Shown: one piece after another, positions 1-17,242 of the stretch
How the letters are laid out: each line of letters begins with the position of its first letter
Numbering within the stretch: position 1 is the stretch's first letter
Source of the DNA: Octopus vulgaris
Taxonomy: Eukaryota
Length of the DNA stretch: 64,000 nucleotides
Direction: 5' to 3'
Assembly: GCA_951406725.2 (NCBI GenBank)
Contig: OX597827.1
Span: 43,772,001 to 43,836,000 of the forward strand
Translations under genes and position numbers: made by a program
Notes under the pieces: model-generated
Database searches by the model: none
What the model was told of the DNA's origin: nothing
What the model saw: the letters and a program-made list of their open reading frames with translations, nothing else

Positions 1-139
1 GACTTCATCTCTACGTTCTTTTCTATGATGTCAGTTACTAATGTAGCTAGGGCCGCTCACAACAATTTGTGTTTCTTTTAGCATAGCAAATTCAATAATC
101 TAGCCCTTCTATTACCTTTCTCTACTCATCTCTCTCACT

Positions 140-4180
<4,041 letters not shown>

Positions 4181-4640
4181 TTTTAAGTTATGGCTACAAA
4201 TTTTATAGAGAATTTAGAGCCAACATTGAAAGCTACATTTCGTATACGACTACATCTACGTAAACAATGTGATCGAATGTACAAAAATAAGCAATAGGTG
4301 TATATGCATATTTCAGTACTTATTGTGCTTCCTTCAGTACCATATCCATTTAATGTAATCGTTTGTATGTTATGATGGCAATAATATATATATATATATA
4401 TAAAATGTAGGATAAAATTTTTTTCGAAAATAAAAAAAATTTATCCTACATTATAGATTTAAGAGTTCACTTCCGGACTCTCTCACTCTGTGAGAGCCTC
4501 AGTTCAAATCGCACGTGTCTTGAATGGGCTGGAGTATTTCTATTTTGGATGTATTTGGAGTACTTAATTGAGCTCATGACTTAGTGTTTTGCTTCTTCCA
4601 TGGGTATGAGTAAGTATCTCATTTAGTTCTTTGCCACATT

Positions 4641-4693
4641 TATCACCGACGAAGGGAGGGTTCTCACAAACTAACCCTGAAATCGGTCCGATA
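4641..4693 (+). ncRNA. Minimal hammerhead-like motif (U4C variant)
   Basis: tatca-CCGACGA-AGGG...CCCT-GAAA-tcgg-TC-cgata, inside a roughly 400-bp AT-rich unit (4403-4810) that begins with a hairpin next to (TA)n. Confidence 0.55.
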
Positions 4694-5041
4694 TGGTAAT
4701 AATGGAATTTTTAAGAAATTTCTGTCGGCTTTTTTCGAGTAGCGTGCGTATTGTGATAAATTATATGGTAATGGATGGACATTATGTTCAATTTTCGGCA
4801 TATTTGGCATTAGAAATGTTTTCGTTTGCCCTTATTTATAAGTTGTTTATATATATATAAGTGTGTTGTGTGTGTGTGTGTGTGTGTATGTGTGTGTGTG
4901 TGTGTGTTTGTGTGATTGACCCTCCCGTCGTTAGACGACATATGAGGGTTCGAGAATTTCTTACAGTGATAAATTCGAAAGAAGAAGCACACTCTAAGAT
5001 GTAGAGCACTATATATTAAAAATGGGGAAGGCCGATTTACA

Positions 5042-5100
5042 GGATTACCTTAGGTTTCCCATCCATAAAGTGTTTAGTTTTATGGCGAATCGTCAGATCC
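5042..5100 (-). ncRNA. Hammerhead ribozyme (left arm of a fold-back)
   Basis: Minus strand: ggat-CTGACGA-ttcgCCATAAA actaaacac TTTATGGatgg-GAAA-CCTAAGG-TA-atcc. Confidence 0.7.
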
Positions 5101-5128
5101 CCCAAAATGATAGGCCAACAGGTTTTGG

Positions 5129-5188
5129 GGAATCTGACGATACGCCATAAAGCTAAACCCTTTATGGACAAGAGACCTAAGGTAATCC
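5129..5188 (+). ncRNA. Degenerate hammerhead ribozyme (right arm of the fold-back; GAGA instead of GAAA)
   Basis: ggaat-CTGACGA-tacgCCATAAA gctaaaccc TTTATGGacaa-GAGA-CCTAAGG-TA-atcc. Confidence 0.55.
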
Positions 5189-5217
5189 TGTAAGCCGGTC
5201 TTCCCCTTTTTTAACGT

Positions 5218-5294
<77 letters not shown>

Positions 5295-5295
5295 C

Positions 5296-5352
<57 letters not shown>

Positions 5353-5359
5353 TACAGAC

Positions 5360-5410
<51 letters not shown>

Positions 5411-5425
5411 CAGACAGATAGATAG

Positions 5426-5462
<37 letters not shown>

Positions 5463-5469
5463 TACAGAC

Positions 5470-5536
<67 letters not shown>

Positions 5537-5640
5537 CAGACATATATATATATATATATATATATTAATCAAAATAAAAACATGATGCCAAGGATTCAGC
5601 GATACATCAGGTGCTTACAATTATCAAGTACTCACCCCGA

Positions 5641-5676
<36 letters not shown>

Positions 5677-5702
5677 AAATGGATATATATATATAAGGAA
5701 AT

Positions 5703-5743
<41 letters not shown>

Positions 5744-6042
5744 GAAATGGAGACTTTGAACACACAAAAGAATCAATTGATTTATATAATAGTCAATTCA
5801 ATTTTTCTGCATTCAGTCTCTCCATTTTCCTTATATTATGTTATTAAAATACTGTTCTCCCCATATCGAATGGATGAAAGCATCTATAATGACAAGTGGA
5901 ACTCCATAAGCGTTGACACTAGTGCTAACACAAATTAATGAAATCCAAAGTATGATACATTGATCGCTATGGAGCCAAACCGGTGTACGCTTGGATAAAA
6001 TGCATTCCTGTAAAAGAGCAACCTTTTTCCATTCGAAACTTG

Positions 6043-6100
<58 letters not shown>

Positions 6101-6250
6101 CTTTTCAACTATAATATATAAGTTCAGCAACAATTTAGATTCAAATGAATATGGTACTTAATTTAGATGCACCAGAGTTTTGTATGGTGTTATCCATAAA
6201 AATTTGTGGGGTGATTATAATCAAAAATAAGCAACAAGAATGATTCCGGT

Positions 6251-6341
6251 AATTTGGCACAATTGTTTCGCACTACATCATTTTATTAAAAGTTGTAAGT
6301 ATTACAGCAGATTTAAGATGCTGAGTGCTCATCAGCCAATT
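6251..6341 (-). ncRNA. Hammerhead-like motif with long stem II (cleavage triplet GUG, probably inactive)
   Basis: Minus strand: aattgg-CTGATGA-GCACT...AGTGC-GAAAC-AATT-GTG-ccaaatt, with palindromic stem III ACAATTGT. Confidence 0.65.
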
Positions 6342-7023
6342 CTGTAGGTTTTCCAAAAATACAAAAGCTTTCAAATCAAGTAGTAACATTAAAGAGAAGG
6401 TAGATATACAGATAAAGATGTAGATTTAAATTTTAAGAACATATGAGGTTGTGAAGTCCAGCCACTGACTGACCAAGCTATGGCTGTATCTAACTGCTAT
6501 AAGACTAGAAGTAATAAAGATTTTTTTAGTTGTAGGAATGGGGTAAGGGAGGTTTCAGAATACCATAAAAGGGATACAAGTTGCCACTAACAAAATGCCA
6601 ATTACTGCTATTTGGTGAGAGGAACTAGGTCAATGTCAAATGGCCATTTATCCCTTTATAGAGAGTAGGGAAAGAACTATCACTTATTATTATGAGTAGG
6701 CATAGTATTTTATAACTGGGGGAAAGCTTTATTAATTTTAAAACTAGATTAGATTTAGAAAAAATTCCAATTTTAAGTTTACAGTGAAGTTTTTTTAGAC
6801 ATCTATGAAAGTTAAATTGAAGGCTAGTACAGTATATTTCTTATTATTATAATAATAAAAAGTTAAAATTTGAAAAATATAGGAATACTCACGATTTTTA
6901 TTTAAAGTATTTAAACGTTCGGGTTGTAGAATGTATGCAAGAGTTCACAACTCCAGACGATTATTCAACAGATTTATATTACTCTGATGTTCTATGGAAA
7001 CTTATGACATTTTAAAACATATG

Positions 7024-7405
7024 CTCTTTTTTATTCTTTTACTTGTTTCAGTTATTTGACTGTGGCCATGCTGGAGCACCGCCTTTAGTCGAGTAAATCG
7101 ACCCCAGGACTTATTCTTTGTAAGCATAGTACTTATTCTAGCGGTTTCTTTTGCCAAACCGCTATGTTACGGGGGCGTAAACACACCAGCATTGGTTGTC
7201 AAGTGATGGTAGAGGGACAAACACGGGGACACACACGCACATATATATGTATACGATGGGCTTCTTTCAGTTTCCATCTACCAAATCCACTCACATGGCC
7301 TTGGTCGGCCCGAGGCTTTAGTAGAAGACACTCGCCATGGTGCCACGCAGTAGGACTGAACCCGGAACCATGTGGTTGGTTAGCAAGCTACTTACCACAC
7401 AGTCA
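7024..7405 (-). mobile_element. tRNA-derived SINE family A
   Basis: Head gtggctgtgtggtaag...ggttcagtccc (A/B-box-like), central ccttgggcaagtgtcttctactatagcc, internal microsatellite and tail gactgaaacaagtaaaaga; many copies in the window. Confidence 0.85.
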
Positions 7406-7556
7406 ATATATATATATACGTCACATGTATATGAACACGCAAATGAACACACACACACACACACACACACATGTATGCAGAGAGACAAAAGGGGATAGAC
7501 AGGAAGGGACGAAGAAATAGATAGATATATAGGTTGATAGATAGATAGATAGATGA

Positions 7557-7606
<50 letters not shown>

Positions 7607-7607
7607 T

Positions 7608-7688
<81 letters not shown>

Positions 7689-8424
7689 TAAGAGAGAAGA
7701 GAGGCAGATGGATATATAGATAAATTGATAGAATCAAGCAACGGTTGTAGAAATTCAAGATTTAGGAAGAATTATTAGAAAGAGAGTAAGTTTCTCTTAT
7801 TGGCTAATTTCATACAAATTGGCTATTTCGTTTCGACAAATCATCGAGAGAGGCAATCGTGGACATTTGTGTCTGTGTATTAGATTACACATCTCAGAGC
7901 TTGCTAAAATACGTATATAATATATTCAACTATGATCTAGAAGCAGCCGGATGTACACAAACAAAGTCGAACACACATACACGAGGTGTGTGTGTGTGCT
8001 GTGTTATTACTTCGTTGGACGTCTGCATTTTTTTGACATATGAGAATATATTTTCCTTGCCCTTGGTGTAAAAACACCCCAAAGCAAGTCATAGACAAGT
8101 GAGACAACTCATATCAAACCCCTTTTACATATTGTTCTATACCAGCTGCATTAATTATGGCTTTGGCACTCAGAGTGGACGGGGGTCTTCGTTTTCTTTC
8201 GTTTCTTTATTCTCGTTCCATTTTTTTGCATCAACCATTTTCTTTTTGTTTTTATTCTCGTTTTTCTTAGTTTCTCACAATCCAGCATCGTAGTTTTTTT
8301 TTTAAATATACCTAGTACATAAAAAGAGCCCGAAAGATTGCTTGGAGATTCATGGTGTATTTTATAAATAGGGTTGTTTAAAGTATCAAAAATGCATTAA
8401 ACTATTAGTAGCTCTATCGGCATT

Positions 8425-8800
8425 CTTATATTCTTTTATTCTTGTTTTGGTTTCAGTCAGTTGACTGTGGCCATGCTGGAGCACCGCCTTTAGCCGAACA
8501 AGTCGACTACAGAACTTTTCTTTGTAAACCTAGCACTTATTCTACCGGTCTCTTTTCTCGAACCGCTAGGTTACGAGGACATAAACACAAACATATACAC
8601 TACACACAAACACACATATATACATATATATACGTCGGGCTTCATCCAGTTTCCATCTACCAAATCCATTCACAAGGCTTTGGTCGGCCCGAGGCTATAG
8701 TAGAAGACACTTGCCCAAGGTCTCACGCAGTGGGACTGAACCCGGAACTATGTGATTAGTAGGCAAGCTACTTACCACACAGCCACTCCTACGCCTATGT
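8425..8800 (-). mobile_element. SINE family A
   Basis: Homologous to 60835-61270. Confidence 0.85.
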
Positions 8801-8867
8801 GTATTAAATTTATCTCTCACTGGATGGCGTACTTTTTTGCTGATTTTACCTATACTGGATATATACA

Positions 8868-8911
<44 letters not shown>

Positions 8912-9782
8912 AAGGATAAGAGGAGTTTTCGTCAGGGTGACTCAAACTAATAGCTATGCCTTCTGAGTGCTCAAATAAGTGTGCCACTAAAGTCCCAGTT
9001 GAACAGCAGTTGAAGTCGTGCTATGCGACTGTTGTTCAAAACGGCTAGAAGTGGATTCTCCTTGTTCCATAAGGTATAAAATTGATGAGAAACTTTCTTC
9101 CACTATCTAACCTATATCTCTCCGAAGGCGGTCTACCTAACTTATGGAATCCTCACTCGACACGATGTTCCACTAGCTGGGATATCCCAGAAACAGCTGT
9201 CAAAAGACTATTTTTTACCATTATTAATGTACCTGAATTAAATTAAATTAAATTAAATATCCTCGTCAAGTCTTGCCTAATTGTTTGTCTTTCGAAGGCG
9301 TATCTTGTCGTGAATTGCTCGAAATACGGATTAGAACAACAGTGGACATCTGATGAAGGGTCGTTCTCAATGTTGCTTGTCTTGTTTTCCATTTGTTTCT
9401 TTCGTTGTTTGCAAAAAACGTTCATATTCTATCTATTCGTATTTCGAATTTCATATTTTCGTATTTTATGTTGTTTACGTCCTGTGACGTCATGTGCCCA
9501 CATATGCATATGTATATACGTATATATGTAAGTATATACATATAGGTATGTATATATGCTTATGTATATTATTTATATTATATGTGTGTGTGTGCAAACA
9601 CACAAATACACATACATACATGCATAGTCGATTCAAATTAACATTCAATTCAAAATAACGAATATTAAAATTAGCGGACAAGAGTAAGTCAAGGAATGCA
9701 TAACCTTGACGGTCGGTGAAAAGAGAGAGTCTGATGTTTGGTGACGGTATATATATATATATACTTATATATATATATATAC

Positions 9783-9818
<36 letters not shown>

Positions 9819-9819
<1 letters not shown>

Positions 9820-10460
9820 ATACAAAATGGAACAAGAACGCAAAACATCCGGACAGTTAAGTGATACAAAAATGGGGCAACAAAACATCCAGAAGGACGA
9901 TACAAAGAAACCAAGGACGGGTCATTCGAAGTTTTCTTTCCTCAGTCGAGTACCAGATTATCTTCGCAATTTCGGCTGATTATACTCGAGATTGCTCCAA
10001 TCTGGCCAGCCCCACGGAAAAACTAAGCTAAGATCATTAGATTCTTTGGAAGAAAGCAGTGAATCTATACAAAAACAAGAACGAAAAAAACGGACAAAGT
10101 TACACAAATACAACAAAAATAATAACAGGACATAACAACAGGTGTCTTTCAACTAAGGACGAATTAAATTTATCTGGTATGTGTGGAAATGAAGCCTTAT
10201 GGCAGAGATACAAAATTTCACAGGCACAGGGAGGAATATCGATGTTGCACAGACAACGTCTAGACCAAGAAAGAAAGATCAGGCTTGGCCGAACGCCGGT
10301 CACGTGAGAAGAGAAGAGAGAGAGAGGTAGAGAAAGAGGGACAGTAGAATTAAGGAGGAGCGAGAAAAATGACAGGAACACAGTGAAGAGAAAAGTGGAG
10401 GGAAAGTGAGCAAGAGGAGAAGGCAAACAAATGTAAGAGAGGGGAACGAAAGAACAAAGA
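9819..10460 (-). mobile_element. Interspersed repeat, possibly PLE-pLTR-derived (copies at 56520-56745 and a fragment near 46980-47050)
   Basis: Shared aaggacgggtcattcg..gttttct.tcctc.gtcgag...tggccagcccc and ccggtcacgtg plus a GA-rich block; starts at (TA)n. Confidence 0.6.
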
Positions 10461-10661
10461 CTGCGGCCATGCTGGAGCACCACTTTTAGTTGAACAAATC
10501 GACTCCGGGTCTTATTCTTTTTAATCCTAGTACTTATTCTATCGGTCTCTTTTGCCGAACCACTAAGTTCCATTGAAGTAAACGCACCAGCATCGGCTGT
10601 CAAGCGATGATGGACGGACAAACACGGAGACAAAAACATAAATACATATATATATATATAA

Positions 10662-10720
<59 letters not shown>

Positions 10721-10732
10721 TATATATATATA

Positions 10733-10775
<43 letters not shown>

Positions 10776-10950
10776 CTATATATATATATACACGACGGGT
10801 TTTAAGTTTCCGTCTACCAAATCCACTCACAAAGCTTTGGTGACAATGCTATAGTAGAAGATGCTTGCCCAATGTGCCACGTAGTGAGACTGAACCGGGA
10901 ATCATATGGTTGGTAAGCAAGCTACTTACCACACAGCCACTACTGCACCT
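10460..10950 (-). mobile_element. SINE family A
   Basis: Homologous, with an expanded internal TA/TG tract. Confidence 0.85.
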
Positions 10951-11082
10951 ATAATATGTATATGTGGGTGTATGTGTGTGTGTGTATGTGTATGCATATG
11001 TGTGTGTGTGTGTATGTATATATACAAACATTCAAGTATATAAAAATACACAGTATATTTATATTTGTTAGTATATATATGG

Positions 11083-11120
<38 letters not shown>

Positions 11121-11168
11121 GTCTATATTCCTATATATATACTGTGTATTTTTATATACTTGAATGTT

Positions 11169-11203
<35 letters not shown>

Positions 11204-11230
11204 GTCTATATTCCTATGTGTATATATAAA

Positions 11231-11552
11231 AGACTCCGCCGGTTACGACGACGAGGGTCCCAGCTGATACGATCAACGGAACAGCTTGCTCGTGAAATTA
11301 ACGTGCAAATGGCTGAGCATTCCACAGACACGTGTACCCTTAACGTAGTTCTCGGGGATAATCAGCGTGACACAGAGAGTGACAAGGCTGACCCTTTGAA
11401 ATGCAAGTACAACTCATTTTTGCCAGCTGAGTGGACTGGAGCAACGTGAAATAAAGTGTCTTGCTCAAGGACACAACGCGTCGCCGGGAATCGAACTCAC
11501 AACCTTACGATCATGAGCCGAATGCCCTAACCACTAAGCCACGCGCCCTCAC
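11231..11552 (-). mobile_element. tRNA-derived SINE family C, full length
   Basis: Minus strand gcgcgtggcttagtggttagggc...gagttcgattccc (A/B boxes), then gtgtccttgagcaagacacttta (CORE/V-like) and tail gtcgtcgtaaccggcggag. Confidence 0.85.
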
Positions 11553-11602
11553 TGTGTATATATACGTGTGTATGGATGCACACGCACACACACATACACA
11601 TA

Positions 11603-11691
<89 letters not shown>

Positions 11692-12122
11692 GCGTTGGTT
11701 GCCTGTTGCAATCTATACGCTTACCTATACTCAATCCTCTACAAACCACGATCTTATACCGTTGATGTTGCGTTATTTTCTGTTTTCTTCCAAGCTCGTT
11801 CTTAATGAAATCATTTGGGATTTGAGGCAGGCGAACTGTTAGGGTTTTTTACTTTTTGTTTCTTTTTTGTTTTTTGTTTTTTTCAAAGAACTGGAGTCGC
11901 TTTTCATAACGATGGATTCTTAGCGTTTAACGAGGATCTGCCGCATTAAACGTTCTTTGATATCCACTTTCTTTTATTTTTTCTTTTGCGCGATGCTAGT
12001 GGTTGTATATGCGCGTGTAATACACTTGTGTGCCTGTGTATATGTGTGTGTGTGAAGATGTGTTATATGCATATGTATGTGTATGTGCGTAAAGCTGTGT
12101 ATGTGCGTAAAGCTGTGTTAAG

Positions 12123-12225
<103 letters not shown>

Positions 12226-12387
12226 ACTGTACACATTGTATGTTTGTGTTTACATAGCGTTGTATGTGGTAGATATATTTATCTGAGTCTGTAAAAAATC
12301 TCTGTAGTTGCTTATATTTCTGTGCTATTTACTTCTCTGTCTCTCTCTCTCTTACTCTCTCACATTTTTTCTTATTCCCTCTCGATA

Positions 12388-12422
<35 letters not shown>

Positions 12423-12648
12423 TTCTCTATCAGTTAATCTATCAATCTATTCTTCTATCTCCCTCTCCCTCATACTAAATGTGCGGTCTTGTTGCCGGTC
12501 TCATTAAAGATCCAGTAATCCTTTCTACTAATTTTCTTTCTGTACTGTTTGTTTTCCCCCTTATTTGCTCAGGTTTAGATCTTCCTATACGAAAAACTCT
12601 ACCTAAGTATCGTCTCTTACCTTCTCTCCTTTCAAACAATTCTCTCTC

Positions 12649-12743
<95 letters not shown>

Positions 12744-12817
12744 ATATATATATATAGCACTACCAGCTCAAATATTTTCTCCTCTGTCTTCCCTCCTTGG
12801 GATCTTTCCTTCTCCTT

Positions 12818-12852
12818 GTTTCCGACGAAGAGCTCCGCTCGAAACGTTAAAC
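12818..12852 (+). ncRNA. Minimal hammerhead-like motif (U4C, extra A after A9)
   Basis: gttt-CCGACGA-A-GAGC tcc GCTC-GAAA-CG-TT-aaac, within a 210-bp unit (12757-12969) flanked by (TA)n. Confidence 0.6.
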
Positions 12853-12964
12853 CCTCCTTCCCTTCTTTCCTGAGCGTCAATAATACTTTAATTGTTCCAC
12901 GTCCTGCGTTGCTGTGTTTTTTTTCTCATTTTTTCTCTTTTTTTCTGTGTTTTCTTGTTTGGAT

Positions 12965-13032
<68 letters not shown>

Positions 13033-14302
13033 GTTCACCTTGTTTTCTTAGGTTTTGATATTTCTATCTTACGAGTAGCTCTGACGATGTACTACTTACT
13101 CTCTTTCCTTACATACTACCACGGCTGCTACACAGATTAGTTGAATTATTCTGGTGATATTGATGATCGCATCTGTTTGCTACATGATGTCTATGACGAC
13201 GGCTCACTTTGCAGCTCTCCGTTTTGTTTTGTCTTTATTGCTGTTGACTACTTCAACAATTACTTTCATCTTTACGACAATCCTCTGTAGGTTCATAGCA
13301 AGATCGTATATTCATTCTATCTATTTTAATCCTTTTCACTATTTCCATTTTTAGATTAACATCATACTCAACATTTCTTTCTTGATATATACATTGTTCC
13401 AGTCTTAGATCTTTTTCATAAACCATTTTATTCATATTTTCGTTAGTATAATTATGTTTAACCTTTCGTTGGTCAGTATTCTCTAGACTGCTACACAGCA
13501 TATATTATATATTTTATTACGTTCCCCTATTTCTTTTTGTTCTTTGTTTCACTTATGCTATGTCTATCTTACTAGATTTATGTTCCCAGTATTTTCAGTT
13601 TAATGTTGTTATTTTCGTTCCTGATATTAGTGTTTTTTTTTTGTTTTTGTCTCCGAATATTTTTTTTTGTTTCTTCGTTCACCTGACCTATTTCACTAAT
13701 ATATTTTGGGTTTTAAGTGTGTATAGTCTAAACTTAGTCTGCTGGGATCAAAAGATAGTTCAAGATCAGAGTCGTTTTCTCAAGTTTTAGAAGTAGAATG
13801 GTTTTGGTAAAATATGCAAATAGTATAAAATCATATTCCTCTTTGGTACATTTATGTATTTTCTATCTTATTTGTGCTGCAGACGGCAAATAGCTGATGG
13901 CAGACTACTTGTCTTTAAATTCCTTGCCGTATTTATTTCAGTTTCTTTTACAGTCAAAGTTCAAATCTAGCCAAGGTTGATTTTCCTTTTCAACCAAGCA
14001 GTTAACAAAAGTAATGCCATTCATTTAAAATTAAACAACTCAACAAGAATCTGTGACCGTCCTGTGCCAATGGTAGAAAATTGCACGGTAATAAAGTGAC
14101 TGCGTTCTCTTTTACTGATACGAGTGAGTGTCTAGCATTGGTAGGAGACGTTTCGGCGTAGCCGTTTAGCCGCAGCTTATTTGGTGTCGCTCATCCGACG
14201 TTCACTTATTTGACATCTGAAATTTTAAAGTTTCTTTCGTTCTCTCCCTACCACCCCTCTCTCCTTTGTTTAAATGTGTAAGCATATTTTTCTTTATATA
14301 TA

Positions 14303-14612
14303 TGGAGGCACGTGGCTTCGTGGTTAGGGTATTCGGCCCACGATTGCTAGATCGTGAGTTCGATTCCTGGCAGTGCGTTGTGCCCTTGAGCAAGACCCTT
14401 TATTTCACATTGCTCCAGCCAACTGGCAAATATGGGCTGTATCTGTATTTCAAAGGATCTTGTCACATTCTGTGTCACACTAAATCTCCCCTAGAACTGC
14501 ATTAAGGGTACGCGAGTCTGTGGAGTGCTCAGCCACTTGCACGTTAATTTCACGAGTATGCTGTCCCATTGATCGGATCAACTGGAACGCTCGTCGTCAC
14601 AACCGACGGAAA
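14303..14612 (+). mobile_element. SINE family C (3' parts also at 22460-22650 and 33770-33950)
   Basis: Homologous to 11231-11552. Confidence 0.85.
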
Positions 14613-14680
14613 GTCAGGGGTTTTTATGTATATGAAGGTAAGGAAATTGTTTGTGTCAGTATTGATCAGTTGATAAATTG

Positions 14681-14726
<46 letters not shown>

Positions 14727-14813
14727 GGATAATTCGCAAAAAAGCAATAGACAAAGACAGGTGGTAAAACAACAAACAGATGCATTAGTTTAACGCTCGG
14801 GAAGTGAAAAAGT

Positions 14814-14849
14814 CTTTAACGTTTCAAACCTACGCTCTTCCACAGAAAG
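14814..14849 (-). ncRNA. Degenerate minimal hammerhead-like motif
   Basis: Minus strand: cttt-CTGTGGA-agagcgtaggttt-GAAA-CG-TT-aaag. Same repeat family as 17009 and 17822. Confidence 0.4.
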
Positions 14850-15062
14850 AAACAAGGAGAGAGAATAAAGAATGTGTAGTAGCTAACGATCTAAGATCCA
14901 CAAAGATCAAAACTTAACTGCAGCTCTTGGTGGTCCAAATCGCAGATGCAATTCATGTGGATGTATTTTCCAAACATTGCCTGGTTTAAAAAGCCGCATC
15001 AGATGCCATGATGATTTTAAGGCACAGGAGATGGTGAAACTCTGCATAAGGAGTAGACAACC

Positions 15063-15137
<75 letters not shown>

Positions 15138-15359
15138 GGTGAGGGATAGAGATAGAGGAGAAGCAGTACTCCAATTCAACGACTGAAACAAGTAAATGAT
15201 ACGGTATATACGACAGACTTCCGCACATTCTCCGTCCACCAGTTTCACTCACTGGTTGACTCGGGGCTAAAGTAGAAGATACTTCTTAAAGGTAGTGCGC
15301 TTTGGGGCTAAACCCAAATCTACTTGGTTTCAGAGCGAGTTTGTCAAATGCACAGTCTG

Positions 15360-15462
15360 TTGCGTATTATACACAAGGTTCAGGTTTTTCAGAGGTGCAG
15401 GCTCCTCAAAATCCCCTGCGTATTATACTCAAGGGCGGACTATACTCGGGGATTTACGGAAT
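15360..15462 (+). mobile_element. Possible pogo/Tc2-type DNA transposon terminus
   Basis: Repeated tgcgtattatac subterminal motifs ending ...tatactcggggatttacgg. Confidence 0.4.
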
Positions 15463-16174
15463 CTCTTATCTTCGATAACCACGAGCTCTATGCTGCAATG
15501 ACAACCAACAGGAAACTCTGTTGTACGTGTGGATGAGGCATATAGGGTGCGTGGAAAACTAGAATGAAATTTGGTTTAGAAATATACCCTAAGGAAATAT
15601 TTAAAAGTGTAAAAGTATTTAGAAAAATATATCCACTATTATTTACGGTGAAGAAACATAGATGAGCGGGTTATACTAAAGAGAATTTCACAAGTACTTA
15701 GAAATTAAACAACTTGACAGAATATAACGTACCTATGAAAGAAAACTGCGAAAAATATATTATAGCTGTATTATATTAACACTTAAACAGAGATAAATGC
15801 CAAAAAATAAGGTAAAGGGTATCAATATTGTAGATGTTCTTGTAACGAAATATAGTTACAATGTTCTCAACTTGAAGTTAATTGATTTGGCAAGACTAGG
15901 AATAGATTAAAAATAATAATTTCATTTAGAAAGAAAACATTGAAAAGCCGGCGTATGAGGATTATATTTACTGCGAATTACGCGCTGGTAGGCGGTCTTC
16001 TTCAACGAAAAATTATTAAACGTGTGTGTGTGTGTGTGTGTACTATAGGACAACTGAAGTATCTTGTAAAGAATTAAGGTAAACCTATACAAGTAGCGAG
16101 AAGACTATAAAAATCAACAACAAAACTGTTTTCTCTCATCAGAGAAGGCAAATATGTACATACACTAACACACA

Positions 16175-16281
<107 letters not shown>

Positions 16282-16347
16282 CATACATACATATATATAT
16301 ATAAACTTATATATATGTATATATATATATATGTATATATATGTATA

Positions 16348-16492
<145 letters not shown>

Positions 16493-16924
16493 AGTGCGAC
16501 AGATAACCGACTGTGAAGCTGTGTGAAGGCTGGAGAAATTATAACAGACACTGTTAAGAAAATAAACAACTAAATTGAAAATTTAATTACGAAATGACAT
16601 CCTCAGACATTTGAAAGCAAAAAGCCACACAAAACCAATACCAAATTGGCTAATACCGAAATGGCTAAAGAGAAAAAAAAATCGAACATTGACTGGTAAA
16701 ATCAACATGCAAAAGTGCAACGAGGTCCGAAATCATGGAACAAGTCCAAAGTCTTCCCATACACCGGGAACTAATGAAATGTGTAGTGAAGTGGTGGAAA
16801 AGCATTTGTAATTTAGACAATTTTGAAAGGAGTTTGCTAATCGACATCATCGATACTTCGACCCCAATACTTGAATGGTACTCTGTTTTGTCGACCCCGA
16901 AGAAATTATGAAAAGCAAAGTAGA

Positions 16925-16973
<49 letters not shown>

Positions 16974-17008
16974 TTATTTATTCTCTCTCAGTTTATTTTC
17001 TCTTGTTC

Positions 17009-17043
17009 CTTTCTGTTAAAGAGTGTAGGCTCGAAACGTAAAG
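17009..17043 (+). ncRNA. Degenerate minimal hammerhead-like motif
   Basis: cttt-CTGTTAA-agagtgtaggctc-GAAA-CG-TA-aag. Confidence 0.4.
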
Positions 17044-17242
17044 AGACGAAATACGGCGAGCCATTTTGCCAGTGCTTAAACGATCATGTCTAGACGCCGG
17101 CTTAAATCAGTCTATAATATCTAACAGAAAAAAGTATGGAGATCTTTGAAGAGACAAGTCATATTGTTTTGATTATTTAGTCATATGTACCGCAGATCAT
17201 CTATATATGAAATCGGCATATGATCTCAACGGAAATCTTATA

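Noticed and set aside
9349-9365. CTGATGAAGGG core (similar isolated cores at 13081, 26312, 32470, 55918)
   Set aside because: No properly placed stem II-GAAA-stem III; could be chance or truncated remnants.
11480-11552. Possible tRNA gene (also other SINE heads)
   Set aside because: A/B boxes continue into a SINE body, and there is no proper acceptor stem or terminator.
14143-14200. Minus-strand CGGATGA...GAAACGTC hammerhead candidate
   Set aside because: U4G core change, no stem I and irregular stem II.
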